Source: an uncultured Ruminococcus sp.
Lineage (GTDB): Bacteria > Bacillota > Clostridia > Oscillospirales > CAG-382
NCBI GenBank assembly: GCA_964549435.1
Contig: CAZJVB010000001.1
Span: forward strand, 69,260 to 133,259
Direction of reading: 5' to 3'
Length of the DNA stretch: 64,000 bases
Shown: piece by piece, positions 36,498 through 45,892 of the stretch
Numbering within the stretch: position 1 is the first letter of the stretch
Layout of the letters: each line of letters opens with the position of its first letter
Translations under genes and position numbers: made by a program
The notes under the pieces: model-generated
The model's input: only the letters and a program-made list of their open reading frames with translations
What the model was told of the DNA's origin: nothing
Database searches by the model: none

Positions 36498-36965
36498 TCA
36501 TTCTCGTTCCAGCCCTTCTACGCGACCGTTTTCTCCCGATGTGGTGATGTCGCCGCCGATAATACGGTTTTTATAGATCAAAAGCGTGGCATATTGCTGT
36601 TCCCCATCTTCCGATTCCAGAGCATAGGTATAGCGCATCACGGTTTTGCCGCGGTATTTCTCCAGATTCAACCCCTGCGACTTTTGCAATGCATTATATT
36701 CTTCATAGACGCTGTCGAATACTTCCGGAATGACCACTTCATCCGAAAAGACCGGTTTGGGATTGACCTTGTATCCGAGTTCGCTTAAAAATGCAAGCTG
36801 TTCCTCGACGGTGGTGATTCCTTTGTAATCCAGCGCCGTGACCGCCACCTCGCCGGAAGAATCAATGACGGGGATAAGCGCGACGATTCCAACCAGTACG
36901 GCCGCCGAGAACAGGATGGCGGTAAAAAATTTGATGCTGGAAGCCTTTACTGTGCATACAAACAT
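36498..36965 (-). CDS. DUF4830-like membrane-anchored protein
   Basis: 155 aa with an N-terminal TM helix. Layout and the C-terminal IIGGDI segment resemble DUF4830 proteins (from memory). Confidence 0.6.
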   Translation of the reverse strand: MFVCTVKASSIKFFTAILFSAAVLVGIVALIPVIDSSGEVAVTALDYKGITTVEEQLAFLSELGYKVNPKPVFSDEVVIPEVFDSVYEEYNALQKSQGLNLEKYRGKTVMRYTYALESEDGEQQYATLLIYKNRIIGGDITTSGENGRVEGLERE

Positions 36966-37072
36966 AACAACTAACCCTTTCCGAACAATCTCGTTTCAAG
37001 TATATTGGGAAAGGATCGGAAGTATGAAGCCGTAAAGGCAAAAAAGGGAAATAATTTTTCTGCGGCGTGTCG

Positions 37073-38986
37073 TCAGGAATGCAGTTCCTTGTCCAACTCT
37101 TCATATTCACTATAAAGCGAGTTCAGCTGTTGCTCCAGTTGTCCGGTTTCCTCATATAAACGGTTCAAAAGAGCATAATCGGTTGCGATTTCAATGTTTT
37201 CCTGCCGTTTTTTGTTTTCTGAGAGCTTCTGTTCGGCTTCTTCGATCGCTGCTTCCACGGTTTTATAACGAGTTTCTGCTGCCTTTCTCCGGTTTTTCCG
37301 GCGTTTGGCTTCCTCAAAAGAGCGCTTTCCGTCGCTGTCTTCCCGGCTTTCCTTCTCTGTTTCCGCATCCTTTTCCCGCTTTTCCAGAAAATGATCATAA
37401 TCTCCGTGGAATAGCAGGTATCCTTCCGGGTATCCCTTACAATTCAGCTCTAGAATGTCGGTTGCCAGCGAGCGGATAAAATAACGATCATGCGAAACAG
37501 CAAGAATCGTGCCGTTATAGGCTCGCAGAGCCTCCTCCAGCGTTTCCTTGGAGGCGATATCCAAATGATTGGTGGGTTCGTCGAGGATCAGAAGACTCAC
37601 GCCGCAGGAGATCATCTTGGCGATGGATAACCGTGCTCGTTCTCCGCCGCTGAGAACGGCGACTTCCTTGAAAACCTCTTCTCCGCGGAATCCGAAAGCG
37701 GCGAGCAGCCCGCGCACCTCTGTCATTCCCATGTCTGCGTAGACGCCCCAGAGCTCATCCAGCACGGTATTGCCGGGATCCAGAAGCTGCTGTTCCTGAT
37801 CGTAATAGCTGCTGCTCTGATTGTAGCCGAACGCAAAGCTGCCGCCGTCTGCCGCTTCCCGCCCTGTGAGGATTTTCATCAGCGTGGATTTCCCGCTGCC
37901 GTTGGCGCCGGTTACGAAGAGCCGGTCGCCGCGCTTCAGATGGAAGGAAAGATCCTGAAACAGGAGATTTTCCGAATATCTTTTGGTAAGCCCGCGAACG
38001 GACAGAACCTCTTCCGACTTGGAAAGGCTGTCTGCGATCTGAAAGGATACACCGCGCGGCGCATTCTGCGGTCGGTCGATTTTTACCATGCGTGCCAGCG
38101 CTTTTTCTCTGCTCTCTGCGGCTATAATGTTCCGCTCTCGGTTCCAACGCTTCTGGTTTTCGATAAACGCCTCAATACGCTTGATTTCCTTTTGCTGCTG
38201 CTCATAATGATGCAGCTGCGCTTCCAACTGCCGGTGTTTCTTTTCTTTGAAAGCGCTGTAATTGCCGCTGTACATTTGACACTTTCCGTTTTCTATTTCC
38301 ATCGTATCTGTGGTGACGCGGTCCAGAAAATACCGGTCGTGTGAAATGATCAGAAAGGTTTTTTTAGAGTTTCGGATAAAAGATTCCAGCCATTCGATGG
38401 CTACGATATCTAAGTGGTTGGTCGGCTCGTCCAGCAGAATGATATCTGGTTCGCGCAGAAGCAGACGTGCCAACAACAGCTTGGTCTTCTGACCGCCGGA
38501 AAGGTTACATGCGGGTTCCGGCAGATTTTTTTCGGTGAAACCGAATTTTTTCAGAATGGCGGAGGTTTTGACACGGTATTCGTTTCCGCCGCACAGCCGG
38601 AAGCGCTCTTGCAGTTCGGTAAACGGTTCAATGGCACTCCGGTCATCTTGTTCGATTCGCTTTTGCAGGTCCTCCAGTTTTTGCTCCATGGAGATCACTT
38701 CGGCGAACGCCTCCAAAGCGGTGTCGTAGACCGTACCGTTGAGCTGCTTGCTGTCGGTGATCTGCTCAAGGCAGCCGATTTCAGCGTCTTTTTGAAGATA
38801 AACGCTGCCGCCGGTTGCTTCCAGTGCGCCGCGCAGGATGGAAAACAATGTGGTTTTGCCGGCTCCGTTGACACCGATAATGCCTACCTTGGCTCCTTGG
38901 TTGATGGTAAAGGTTATGCCCTGCAGAATCTCTTTGACACCGATGGAATAGGTGATCCTGTCACAGGTCAAAATATTCATGCTCAT
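37073..38986 (-). CDS. ABC-F family ATPase (two tandem ABC domains, coiled-coil C-terminal tail)
   Basis: 637 aa. Two Walker A sites (GVNGAGKTT, GANGSGKST), two LSGG signatures, no TM domain, and a Lys/Glu-rich C-terminus. Confidence 0.9.
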   Translation of the reverse strand: MSMNILTCDRITYSIGVKEILQGITFTINQGAKVGIIGVNGAGKTTLFSILRGALEATGGSVYLQKDAEIGCLEQITDSKQLNGTVYDTALEAFAEVISMEQKLEDLQKRIEQDDRSAIEPFTELQERFRLCGGNEYRVKTSAILKKFGFTEKNLPEPACNLSGGQKTKLLLARLLLREPDIILLDEPTNHLDIVAIEWLESFIRNSKKTFLIISHDRYFLDRVTTDTMEIENGKCQMYSGNYSAFKEKKHRQLEAQLHHYEQQQKEIKRIEAFIENQKRWNRERNIIAAESREKALARMVKIDRPQNAPRGVSFQIADSLSKSEEVLSVRGLTKRYSENLLFQDLSFHLKRGDRLFVTGANGSGKSTLMKILTGREAADGGSFAFGYNQSSSYYDQEQQLLDPGNTVLDELWGVYADMGMTEVRGLLAAFGFRGEEVFKEVAVLSGGERARLSIAKMISCGVSLLILDEPTNHLDIASKETLEEALRAYNGTILAVSHDRYFIRSLATDILELNCKGYPEGYLLFHGDYDHFLEKREKDAETEKESREDSDGKRSFEEAKRRKNRRKAAETRYKTVEAAIEEAEQKLSENKKRQENIEIATDYALLNRLYEETGQLEQQLNSLYSEYEELDKELHS

Positions 38987-39044
38987 GAAAGCTGTGCTCC
39001 GGTTTTCTGAAAACTGTTATTATCATTATTATATCATAAAATTC

Positions 39045-39073
39045 ATTATATCATAAAAGAACCCGCTTGTCAA
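39045..39073 (-). promoter_or_regulatory. Consensus sigma-A promoter (TTGACA-17-TGaTATAAT) for the ABC-F gene
   Basis: Perfect hexamers with an extended -10. A second TGATATAAT copy sits 17 nt downstream at 39028-39036. Confidence 0.6.
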
Positions 39074-39123
39074 TTTAGACAGAAAGAATTCACAGATTGA
39101 TTCGTGTTTCCGATCTGATGCTC

Positions 39124-39152
39124 TTGACAAACCACGCGAAAAGGAGTAAACT
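39124..39152 (+). promoter_or_regulatory. Sigma-A-type promoter (TTGACA-17-TAAACT) for the ATP-grasp pair
   Basis: Perfect -35 and a 17-nt spacer. GAGGAGG RBS precedes the ATG at 39180. Confidence 0.55.
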
Positions 39153-39179
39153 ACTAAGAAAAGTCGAGGAGGTGCATTC

Positions 39180-40040
39180 ATGCGGGGGACTTTGGTTGTC
39201 AATCACTATTTGACCGGAGATAAGTATGCTTCCCAAACTTCGCTTTACCTTGCGGCTGCCGAACGGCAGGAACTGGAGTTGACGGTTCGCACGAATGCTG
39301 AACCGGTTGTTTCTGGCTCTGATTTTGTTCTGTTTCTGGATAAGGACGCGCGTCTTGCGCGCCTTCTGGAGCTGGGGGGGTACCGGGTATTTAATTCTGC
39401 GTCGGCAATCACTCTTTGCGATGATAAATCCCTGACGTATCTGCATCTTCGTAACAGTGGGCTGCCTTTACCGGAGACCTTACTTGTACCGATGACCTTC
39501 TTTGCTTCCGATTGGTCTGAAAATCCGTTTATTGCGTATGCAGCCGACGTGCTTGGCTTTCCCATGATAGTCAAAGAAGCCTGCGGTTCGTTTGGAAAAC
39601 AGGTTTGGCTGGTGGAAAACTGTGCGCAGCTGGTGGAACGTCTGAACTTTTCCTCTCCGAAAACGATGATTCTGCAAAGGTTTGTCGCTTCCTCCTGCGG
39701 ACGGGATATTCGGATCCATGTGGTCGGCGGGGAGCCGGTTGCCTGCATGTATCGCTGGTCGGATACGGATTTCCGCGCCAACGTTTCCGCAGGCGGCAGC
39801 ATGAAGCCGTTTTGCCCGGATGCGGCCCAGAGGGAGGTTGCAGTAAAGGCTTGTCAGCTGCTCGGACTGGATTTCGGCGGCGTGGATCTGCTGTTTGGGG
39901 AAGGAGAGGAACCTCTGTTATGCGAAGTCAATTCCAATGCGCATATTTTGAATATTTTGCATTGCACCGGGATCAATGTTGCGGAACGAATTCTTGCATA
40001 TATCCGAAAGACGATTTCGGAACAGGTTGAAAAAACGTGA
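39180..40040 (+). CDS. RimK-type ATP-grasp ligase (alpha-L-glutamate-ligase-like)
   Basis: 286 aa. By eye it aligns with the RimK core: IVKEACGSFGKQV, DIRIHVVGGEPVA, DFRANVSAGG, GVDLL...CEVNSNAH. Confidence 0.8.
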   Translation: MRGTLVVNHYLTGDKYASQTSLYLAAAERQELELTVRTNAEPVVSGSDFVLFLDKDARLARLLELGGYRVFNSASAITLCDDKSLTYLHLRNSGLPLPETLLVPMTFFASDWSENPFIAYAADVLGFPMIVKEACGSFGKQVWLVENCAQLVERLNFSSPKTMILQRFVASSCGRDIRIHVVGGEPVACMYRWSDTDFRANVSAGGSMKPFCPDAAQREVAVKACQLLGLDFGGVDLLFGEGEEPLLCEVNSNAHILNILHCTGINVAERILAYIRKTISEQVEKT

Positions 40041-40852
40041 CCGGTTGGCTGTTCTATACGGTGGAGGGGGCAGTCCGTAACCGGGCGTTTATCCATTTTT
40101 GGATGGCGGCCGCCGCTTCGCGCGGCGTCCGCATGGAACTGCATCTGACGGGGGAGAGTTGGCATCCGCCCCTGCCGGATTTTGCGGTGGTGCGGGCGAT
40201 GGATCCGGCATTAAGCTTTCGCTTGGAGCATGCGGGTATTCCGGTGTTCAATCCCGCTTCGGTAAGTGCATGTTGCAACGATAAGTGGAAAACGTATGCG
40301 CTTGCAGCAAAACTTGGCGTGCCTTACCCGAAAACAACGTATCTGCCGGATCCCGCCGGGATGTCTCCGCATCCATTCCCGTATGTTCTGAAAGCATGCG
40401 GTGGTCATGGGGGCACGCAGGTTTTTCTCGTAAGGAATACTGCCGAAGCTTTTGCGGCTTCGGAAAGCTTAAGGGGAGTTCCTTCCGTTTTGCAGGAACC
40501 GGTTTCGGAGCTTGGCAGAGATGTTCGTGTTTATGTGTTGGGCGACCGTGTTTTAGCGGCAATGCTTCGCATCTCAGAGGCGGATTTCCGGAGTAACTTC
40601 TGTCTTGGCGGGAAAGTGGTTCCCTATACTCTGTCGACTCCGGAGCTGGAAATGGTGCATGCAATTATGAAGGCGTTGCCTTTCGGTCTTGCAGGCATTG
40701 ATTTCCTTTTTCATGAGGGGAGAGCGGTGTTCAACGAGATTGAGGATGTGGTTGGGTGCCGAATGCTTTACAGTTGCACAAAGCTCCAACCGGTGGAGGA
40801 GTATCTGGATTGGATTCTTCAGCGTCTCGGTACTTTTTCTACCTTGAAATAG
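40037..40852 (+). CDS. Second, divergent RimK-type ATP-grasp protein
   Basis: GTG start overlaps the upstream stop (GTGA). Motifs VLKACGGHGGTQV, DVRVYVLGDRVLA, DFRSNFCLGG and GIDFLF...NEIEDVVG, with E-I-E where RimK has E-V-N. Confidence 0.7.
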   Translation: MTGWLFYTVEGAVRNRAFIHFWMAAAASRGVRMELHLTGESWHPPLPDFAVVRAMDPALSFRLEHAGIPVFNPASVSACCNDKWKTYALAAKLGVPYPKTTYLPDPAGMSPHPFPYVLKACGGHGGTQVFLVRNTAEAFAASESLRGVPSVLQEPVSELGRDVRVYVLGDRVLAAMLRISEADFRSNFCLGGKVVPYTLSTPELEMVHAIMKALPFGLAGIDFLFHEGRAVFNEIEDVVGCRMLYSCTKLQPVEEYLDWILQRLGTFSTLK

Positions 40853-40863
40853 CGGATCTTCTA

Positions 40864-40891
40864 TTGCATTTTTCGAAAAATGTGCTAATAT
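40864..40891 (+). promoter_or_regulatory. Sigma-A-type promoter (TTGCAT-16-TGcTAATAT) for the V-ATPase operon
   Basis: -35 TTGCAT, 16-nt spacer, extended -10. Confidence 0.5.
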
Positions 40892-40943
40892 ATCTTCATA
40901 GAAATAACAGTGACGGGATATGTCGGGAGTGTGACGTCAGGGA

Positions 40944-41282
40944 ATGAATGAGAAGGACTCAATACAAAAAGCGGATCTGCTGCTGAACAGAATTCTGCGC
41001 GCGGATGCGGAGGCACGTCAGATGACTGCTGCCGCTTCTTCCGAACGGGATGCTGCCGCTTTGAAACTTTCAGAGGAAAAAACTGCGCTGCGCAAGGAAT
41101 ATGAAGCGGAAACCGAGAGATTGCTGCAGCGGGTTCGGGAATCTGTCCGGAAATCGGCTGGCAGCAGATTGCAAGCCATTGAGACGGAGAAAAACGGGAA
41201 GCTGCAGCAATTGGATGCACTTTCTGCATCCCGTACCGCTGCTTGGGTGGAGCAGATTTTCGCAGCCATTTTGCGAGGTTGA
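40944..41282 (+). CDS. Small coiled-coil protein, probable V-ATPase peripheral-stalk (G/H-like) subunit
   Basis: 112 aa, Ala/Glu/Arg/Leu-rich predicted helix. It is the first gene of the V-ATPase operon. The assignment is by position and composition only. Confidence 0.45.
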   Translation: MNEKDSIQKADLLLNRILRADAEARQMTAAASSERDAAALKLSEEKTALRKEYEAETERLLQRVRESVRKSAGSRLQAIETEKNGKLQQLDALSASRTAAWVEQIFAAILRG

Positions 41283-41306
41283 CGGGGGTTTTGGAAGAGG
41301 GATACA

Positions 41307-42356
41307 ATGTCTGTAAATGCTTCATATGCGGTTTTAACGCGCGTGCGTTCACAATATGGAAAACGTTTGCGGGAAGTGGATTATCTGGAAATGGCTTCCT
41401 GTAAAAGCGTGCCGGAAGCGGCGGTATTTTTGCGGGAACGGACGGCATACGGTTCCTACCTTGCGCTGGGAGAAGCGCCGCCGACCCGAGGTCTGCTGGA
41501 ATTTCAGCTTCGAAAAGCTTTGATGGAGCGGAGTTTTGTACTTTGCCGATTTGGCAGGTCGTCGGGTTCGGATTTTTTGGAGTTTGTTCTGCTTCGCAAC
41601 AGCGTGAACGAATTGCTCGGGTTTCTTCGCTGCCTTGCGGCGGGCAGACCGGAACGGTATCTGCTTTCCTCAATGGAGATTCCGGAAGTCTCCTCCAAAT
41701 TTTCTCTGCGCGGGCTTGGTCATGTCCGCAGCCGGGAGGAACTGATTGAATTTCTGCGGGGTACATTCTTTGCGAATATTCTGACGCCGGTTCTCCGTAC
41801 AGGCGAAAAGGTAGATTTGGCGCTTGCGGAAGCGGTTCTGGATCGCAGTATTTATGAATATATGGAAAAACAATTCACGTCCTGTGCTTCCCGGACAGAG
41901 AGGGCGGCACTTTCTGAGATTCTGCTTCTGAAGGCGGAGTTAGGCGACATAGAGCTGCTTTATCGCGCCAAAAAATATTATGAAATGAGTCCGGCGCTTC
42001 TCCGCGCCATGCTGAGCGGATTCCGCTCAAGGCTCTCGCAGGCAGAATGGGAATCTATGATAGCGGCATCGGACGGAGAAGAGGTTATGCGGATTTTTCT
42101 TGCCGGACGTTACCGCAAGCTGGTGAAGGAAAGGGCTTTGGACGCTGCCGGAAGCTGGTCTGATTTTTTCCTGCCGGAGCTTCTGCGCAGGCGGATTCAT
42201 TTTTCCGTCGAGCCGTCTGTTGTGCTGTTTGCTTACCTGAATTGGCTGGAACTGGAGGTAAAAAATCTGATTTATGTAATTGAGGGTGTGCGGTATCGTC
42301 TCCCTCCGGAGGAAATTTGCAGTCTGCTGCTCCTGCCTGGTAAGGAAAGGGTTTAA
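41307..42356 (+). CDS. ntpC: V-type ATPase subunit C (eukaryotic d homologue)
   Basis: 349 aa. Size, position in the operon and helical repeat character fit the family. Confidence 0.8.
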   Translation: MSVNASYAVLTRVRSQYGKRLREVDYLEMASCKSVPEAAVFLRERTAYGSYLALGEAPPTRGLLEFQLRKALMERSFVLCRFGRSSGSDFLEFVLLRNSVNELLGFLRCLAAGRPERYLLSSMEIPEVSSKFSLRGLGHVRSREELIEFLRGTFFANILTPVLRTGEKVDLALAEAVLDRSIYEYMEKQFTSCASRTERAALSEILLLKAELGDIELLYRAKKYYEMSPALLRAMLSGFRSRLSQAEWESMIAASDGEEVMRIFLAGRYRKLVKERALDAAGSWSDFFLPELLRRRIHFSVEPSVVLFAYLNWLELEVKNLIYVIEGVRYRLPPEEICSLLLLPGKERV

Positions 42357-42359
42357 GAA

Positions 42360-44336
42360 ATGTCTGTCGAAAAAATGAAAATGAAAATGCTGTTCGGCAA
42401 AGCAGAACAGCTGAATGAGGCAATCGGTGCAGTTACTTCACTCGGGTTCGTCCATTTGGAAAATGCCTCCTCTGTGATGGCGGATGCCAAGGACTTTTCA
42501 CCCCTGAATGAGGAAAATCGTGTGTCTGCGGTTTGTTCCCGCGTTGAAGAGGTCATCCGTTCCTGCGGTGTGGATCCTGAGACAGTGGAACCTACTCCCG
42601 GCGAGGGGGATGCAGAGGCAGATACCGTGCTGTCAGGATTGGATGAGGAGCTGCATGCGCTGCAGAAGGAGTGCTCTGATTTGGAAGCGTGTATCCGGCA
42701 ACTGGAGGAAGAGCGCGTTTTGCTGGCGCATTTCGCTTCGCTGGAAATTCGTTTGGAGGAATTGCGAAGTACGGAATTTGTTTCTGTCCGTTTTGGCTGT
42801 ATTCCGTTGGACAGCTACGAAAAACTTAAGCAGTATGGGGATACCGACAATCTTCAGTATGTCGTTTGTTCATCCGATAAGGAATCCTGCTGGCTGCTGT
42901 ATCTTTCTCCGTGCGATGACGATGAAGCGGATCGGATTTTCGCTTCGCTGTTCTTCCATCAGGCGGATCTGCCGGAAAAGGATGGAACGCCGATTGAAAT
43001 ATCGGCTTCGGATGCGGAGCGCATCTATGACCTTCATGTTGAGTTGTGTGCTGCACAGGAGCGCTTGCTTGCCTTTTCGCAGTCTCACCAAGGGGAGCTG
43101 CTTTCGCTTTATGCCCACTTGAAATACCAAAGTGCCGTATTTTCCTGGAGACGGTATGCATGCCGGTATCGTGATACTTATGCGGCGTTAGTTTGCTGGG
43201 TACCGGGGGATCGATGCGGAGAGTTAGAGGAAGCGCTCGGAAAAGTGGAGAGTTTTACGGTTTCGGATATGGTTGCCGGACATGGTGCCGTTCATATGAC
43301 TCCTCCTACGAAACTGCGTAACTGGCGGATTTTCCGACCGTTCCAATACTTCGTGGAAATGTACGGCTCGCCTTCCTACCATGAGGTGGATCCAACAGTT
43401 TTTGTGGCGCTGACCTACACGCTGCTTTACGGTATCATGTTTGCGGATGTTGGACAGGGACTGCTTCTCTCTTTGGCAGGATTCTTGATGTACCGATCTA
43501 TGCGTAATCCGGTCGGAAAGATCCTGATTCCCTGCGGTTTATGCGGAGCCATATTCGGATTTCTGTTTGGAAGTCTGTTCGGAAATGAGGAAGTGCTGAA
43601 TCCCGTATATCATGCGATTGGGTTGCCGGGAAAGCCGTTTTCCGTCATGGAGAACGCCAATACGCTGCTTGCGCTGTCCATTGGGATCGGCGTCGCGCTG
43701 CTGCTTGCTGCAATGGTTGTCGGAATCTGTTCCTCCATTAAGAAGGGAAATATCGGAAATGCTCTGTTCGGCGCGAACGGAGTGGCAGGAATTCTTCTTT
43801 ATGCTTCACTGCTTTGCCTGATTGTGCAGGTGTTTAATATCACGGTGCCGATTCCTGCTGTTTTACTGGTGCCCGTCGGGATTCTTCTTCCGGTTTGTCT
43901 GGTGTTCTTCTGCAAGCCGCTCAATTCTTTGCTTCGGGGAGAAGGATTTCAACTTGGGGAGTCTGTCGGGGATTATGTCATTGAAAATTTGTTTGAACTG
44001 ATCGAAGTGTTCCTTAGCTACTTTACTAATACACTGAGTTTTCTGCGCGTCGGTGCCTTTGTCCTGATTCATGCGGGTATGATGATGGCGTTTTCCGCGT
44101 TGGCTGAAATTGTCGGCGGCGGTGCGGCAGGCGTTGTTATGATGGTGATCGGAAATATATTTGTTACCGTGCTGGAGGGATTGCTGGTTGCCATACAGGT
44201 GCTTCGTTTGGAGTTTTACGAGATGTTCAGCCGTTTTTACGATGGGGACGGCAAGCATTTTGCACCTGCCGTGATGCTGCGTGCAAAAACCGCTTTGAAA
44301 CTGCGCCGCGGTCAAAAAGCTTCCGGCACCGGATGA
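42360..44336 (+). CDS. ntpI: V-type ATPase subunit I (a subunit)
   Basis: 658 aa. Soluble coiled N-terminal half and a polytopic C-terminal half with the conserved Arg context (LSFLRVGAFVLIH). Confidence 0.88.
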   Translation: MSVEKMKMKMLFGKAEQLNEAIGAVTSLGFVHLENASSVMADAKDFSPLNEENRVSAVCSRVEEVIRSCGVDPETVEPTPGEGDAEADTVLSGLDEELHALQKECSDLEACIRQLEEERVLLAHFASLEIRLEELRSTEFVSVRFGCIPLDSYEKLKQYGDTDNLQYVVCSSDKESCWLLYLSPCDDDEADRIFASLFFHQADLPEKDGTPIEISASDAERIYDLHVELCAAQERLLAFSQSHQGELLSLYAHLKYQSAVFSWRRYACRYRDTYAALVCWVPGDRCGELEEALGKVESFTVSDMVAGHGAVHMTPPTKLRNWRIFRPFQYFVEMYGSPSYHEVDPTVFVALTYTLLYGIMFADVGQGLLLSLAGFLMYRSMRNPVGKILIPCGLCGAIFGFLFGSLFGNEEVLNPVYHAIGLPGKPFSVMENANTLLALSIGIGVALLLAAMVVGICSSIKKGNIGNALFGANGVAGILLYASLLCLIVQVFNITVPIPAVLLVPVGILLPVCLVFFCKPLNSLLRGEGFQLGESVGDYVIENLFELIEVFLSYFTNTLSFLRVGAFVLIHAGMMMAFSALAEIVGGGAAGVVMMVIGNIFVTVLEGLLVAIQVLRLEFYEMFSRFYDGDGKHFAPAVMLRAKTALKLRRGQKASGTG

Positions 44337-44373
44337 CGCGGCATACGAATAAAACGATAAAAACCGAAAGGAA

Positions 44374-44877
44374 ATGTTACTAATTATGCTTACCACAATT
44401 CTTGCTGTTCTGCTTCCGCTGCTGGCGCTTGCCGGCTCGATAGCTTTCGCTTTTTCTACGATGAGGCGAACCGGAAACGGAAAGACCGCATTTCGCCGCC
44501 AGTTTGTTTCTCTTGCGATCGCTCTGCTGGTCTGTTTTTCGTTGGTGTTTGCCGTTTCTGCGGCAGAGGATGATTCCGCTGCTGCCGTGGCAGATACAGC
44601 GCAGGAGACTGCCGCTGCTTCTTCCGGAGCTGGTCTTGCCGCCGGTCTTGGTTTCATCGGTGCGGCTTTGAGTATTGGTTTGGCTGCGCTTGGCGCCGGC
44701 ATTGCCCTTTCCGCCGGTGCTCCTGCTGCGATCGGTGCGGTTGCGGAGGATCCGAAATCTTTTGGTAAATCTATGATTTTCGTTGCGCTCGGTGAAGCAG
44801 TTGCCATTTACGGATTCATTATCGCTTTCCTGATTATTCTGCAAATGCCGGATCTTTCCGCGCTTACGGCTCTGTAA
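44374..44877 (+). CDS. ntpK: V-type ATPase proteolipid subunit K (c subunit)
   Basis: C-terminal Gly/Ala-rich hairpin with the carboxylate in FVALGEAVAIYG. The start is ambiguous (ATG at 44374, 44386 or 44461). Confidence 0.85.
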   Translation: MLLIMLTTILAVLLPLLALAGSIAFAFSTMRRTGNGKTAFRRQFVSLAIALLVCFSLVFAVSAAEDDSAAAVADTAQETAAASSGAGLAAGLGFIGAALSIGLAALGAGIALSAGAPAAIGAVAEDPKSFGKSMIFVALGEAVAIYGFIIAFLIILQMPDLSALTAL

Positions 44878-44879
44878 TT

Positions 44880-45191
44880 ATGCGCTTCGTATTGATTGCG
44901 GATACGCACGATACCTTGATGGGAATGCGTCTGGCAGGCGTAGAAGGGGCAGAAGTGCATACACCGGAGGAGGTGCGCGCAGCGCTGGAGCAGGCGGCAG
45001 ACGATCCGGATGTAGGGATCGTCATGATCTCCCCGCGGCTCGCCGTGATGCAGAAGAAGCTGGTGGACAACATACGTCTGAAAAGGAATCGTCCGTTGAT
45101 TGTAGAGGTGCCGGACCGGCATATCGGTGAAACAGCGTATGTGGATCGGATTACCGGATATATTCAGGAAGCTATCGGCGTTAAGATCTGA
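44880..45191 (+). CDS. ntpG: V-type ATPase subunit F
   Basis: 103 aa with MRFVLIADTHDTLMGMRLAGVEG, typical of the F subunit. Confidence 0.85.
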   Translation: MRFVLIADTHDTLMGMRLAGVEGAEVHTPEEVRAALEQAADDPDVGIVMISPRLAVMQKKLVDNIRLKRNRPLIVEVPDRHIGETAYVDRITGYIQEAIGVKI

Positions 45192-45220
45192 ACCGGTAGG
45201 ACAGCATTGCCAAGGAGGGC

Positions 45221-45820
45221 ATGAGTATGATGACGGATCAAAATCATCTGACATCGTTTGTCGCTTCCATTCGTGAACGCGCGGAGCAGGAGCGGAGCGA
45301 GATTCTTGCCGAATCGGAGAAGGTAAGGCAGGAGCAGCTGGACGCGGAGCGTAGGCTTCTCGCTCAGGAGAGGGAGCAGGCATTGCGCGATGCGCGTGCG
45401 GAAGCGCAGCGTGAGACCGGTCGTATGCTTTCGGAGGCGGTGCGCAGCTCTGCGGCTGCTGTTTCCGAAAAGCAGCAGGCGATCAGGGAGTTTGTCTTTG
45501 ACAAGGTGGAGAGCCGCTTGCTGGCATTTGTTTCTTCGGAGGAGTATATGCTGTTCCTGCAGCGCTCTGCTGAACGGATTGTCGCGGCACTTTCGTCCGG
45601 GGATTTGTGTGTCTACCTCAGCACGCGCGATTTTGCATCGGCGGATACCTTTATGCCGATGTTTCCCGCGGGAACCGAGTTTTATGAGGATGCAACCATT
45701 CGTTTGGGCGGTTTTCGCGCACATACAGCGGATGGGAAAAGGATCGCTGACGACACGTTGGATGCTTTGCTGAAAGAACAAAAGCGCCGCTTTGCGGAAA
45801 CAGCCGGGCTGGATGTGTGA
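45221..45820 (+). CDS. ntpE: V-type ATPase subunit E
   Basis: ~197 aa with a long charged N-terminal helix and a globular C-terminus. The start may be ATG 45227 or 45230, which are better spaced from AGGAGGG. Confidence 0.75.
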   Translation: MSMMTDQNHLTSFVASIRERAEQERSEILAESEKVRQEQLDAERRLLAQEREQALRDARAEAQRETGRMLSEAVRSSAAAVSEKQQAIREFVFDKVESRLLAFVSSEEYMLFLQRSAERIVAALSSGDLCVYLSTRDFASADTFMPMFPAGTEFYEDATIRLGGFRAHTADGKRIADDTLDALLKEQKRRFAETAGLDV

Positions 45821-45892
45821 CAGCAGGCACATGGCGTGGAAAACCATTGATTTTTCACGCTCTGTTTTTGCCAAGGAAGGCATGGTGATTGT

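Noticed and set aside
39021-39058. Direct repeat CATTAT(T)ATATCATAAAA x2 that looked like a possible repeat element or operator
   Set aside because: On the minus strand each copy reads as TGATATAAT. The upstream copy pairs with a perfect TTGACA at 17 nt, so the repeat is most simply a duplicated extended -10 box of the ABC-F promoter.
40885-41766. 293-aa minus-strand ORF across the start of the V-ATPase operon
   Set aside because: It is antisense to two operon genes and the promoter, and its translation is Pro/Ala/Arg-rich and low in complexity.
43863-44807. 314-aa minus-strand ORF antisense to ntpI and ntpK
   Set aside because: It is the antisense shadow of membrane-protein genes. The same reasoning applies to 45164-45994, 47904-48761 and 48908-49771.
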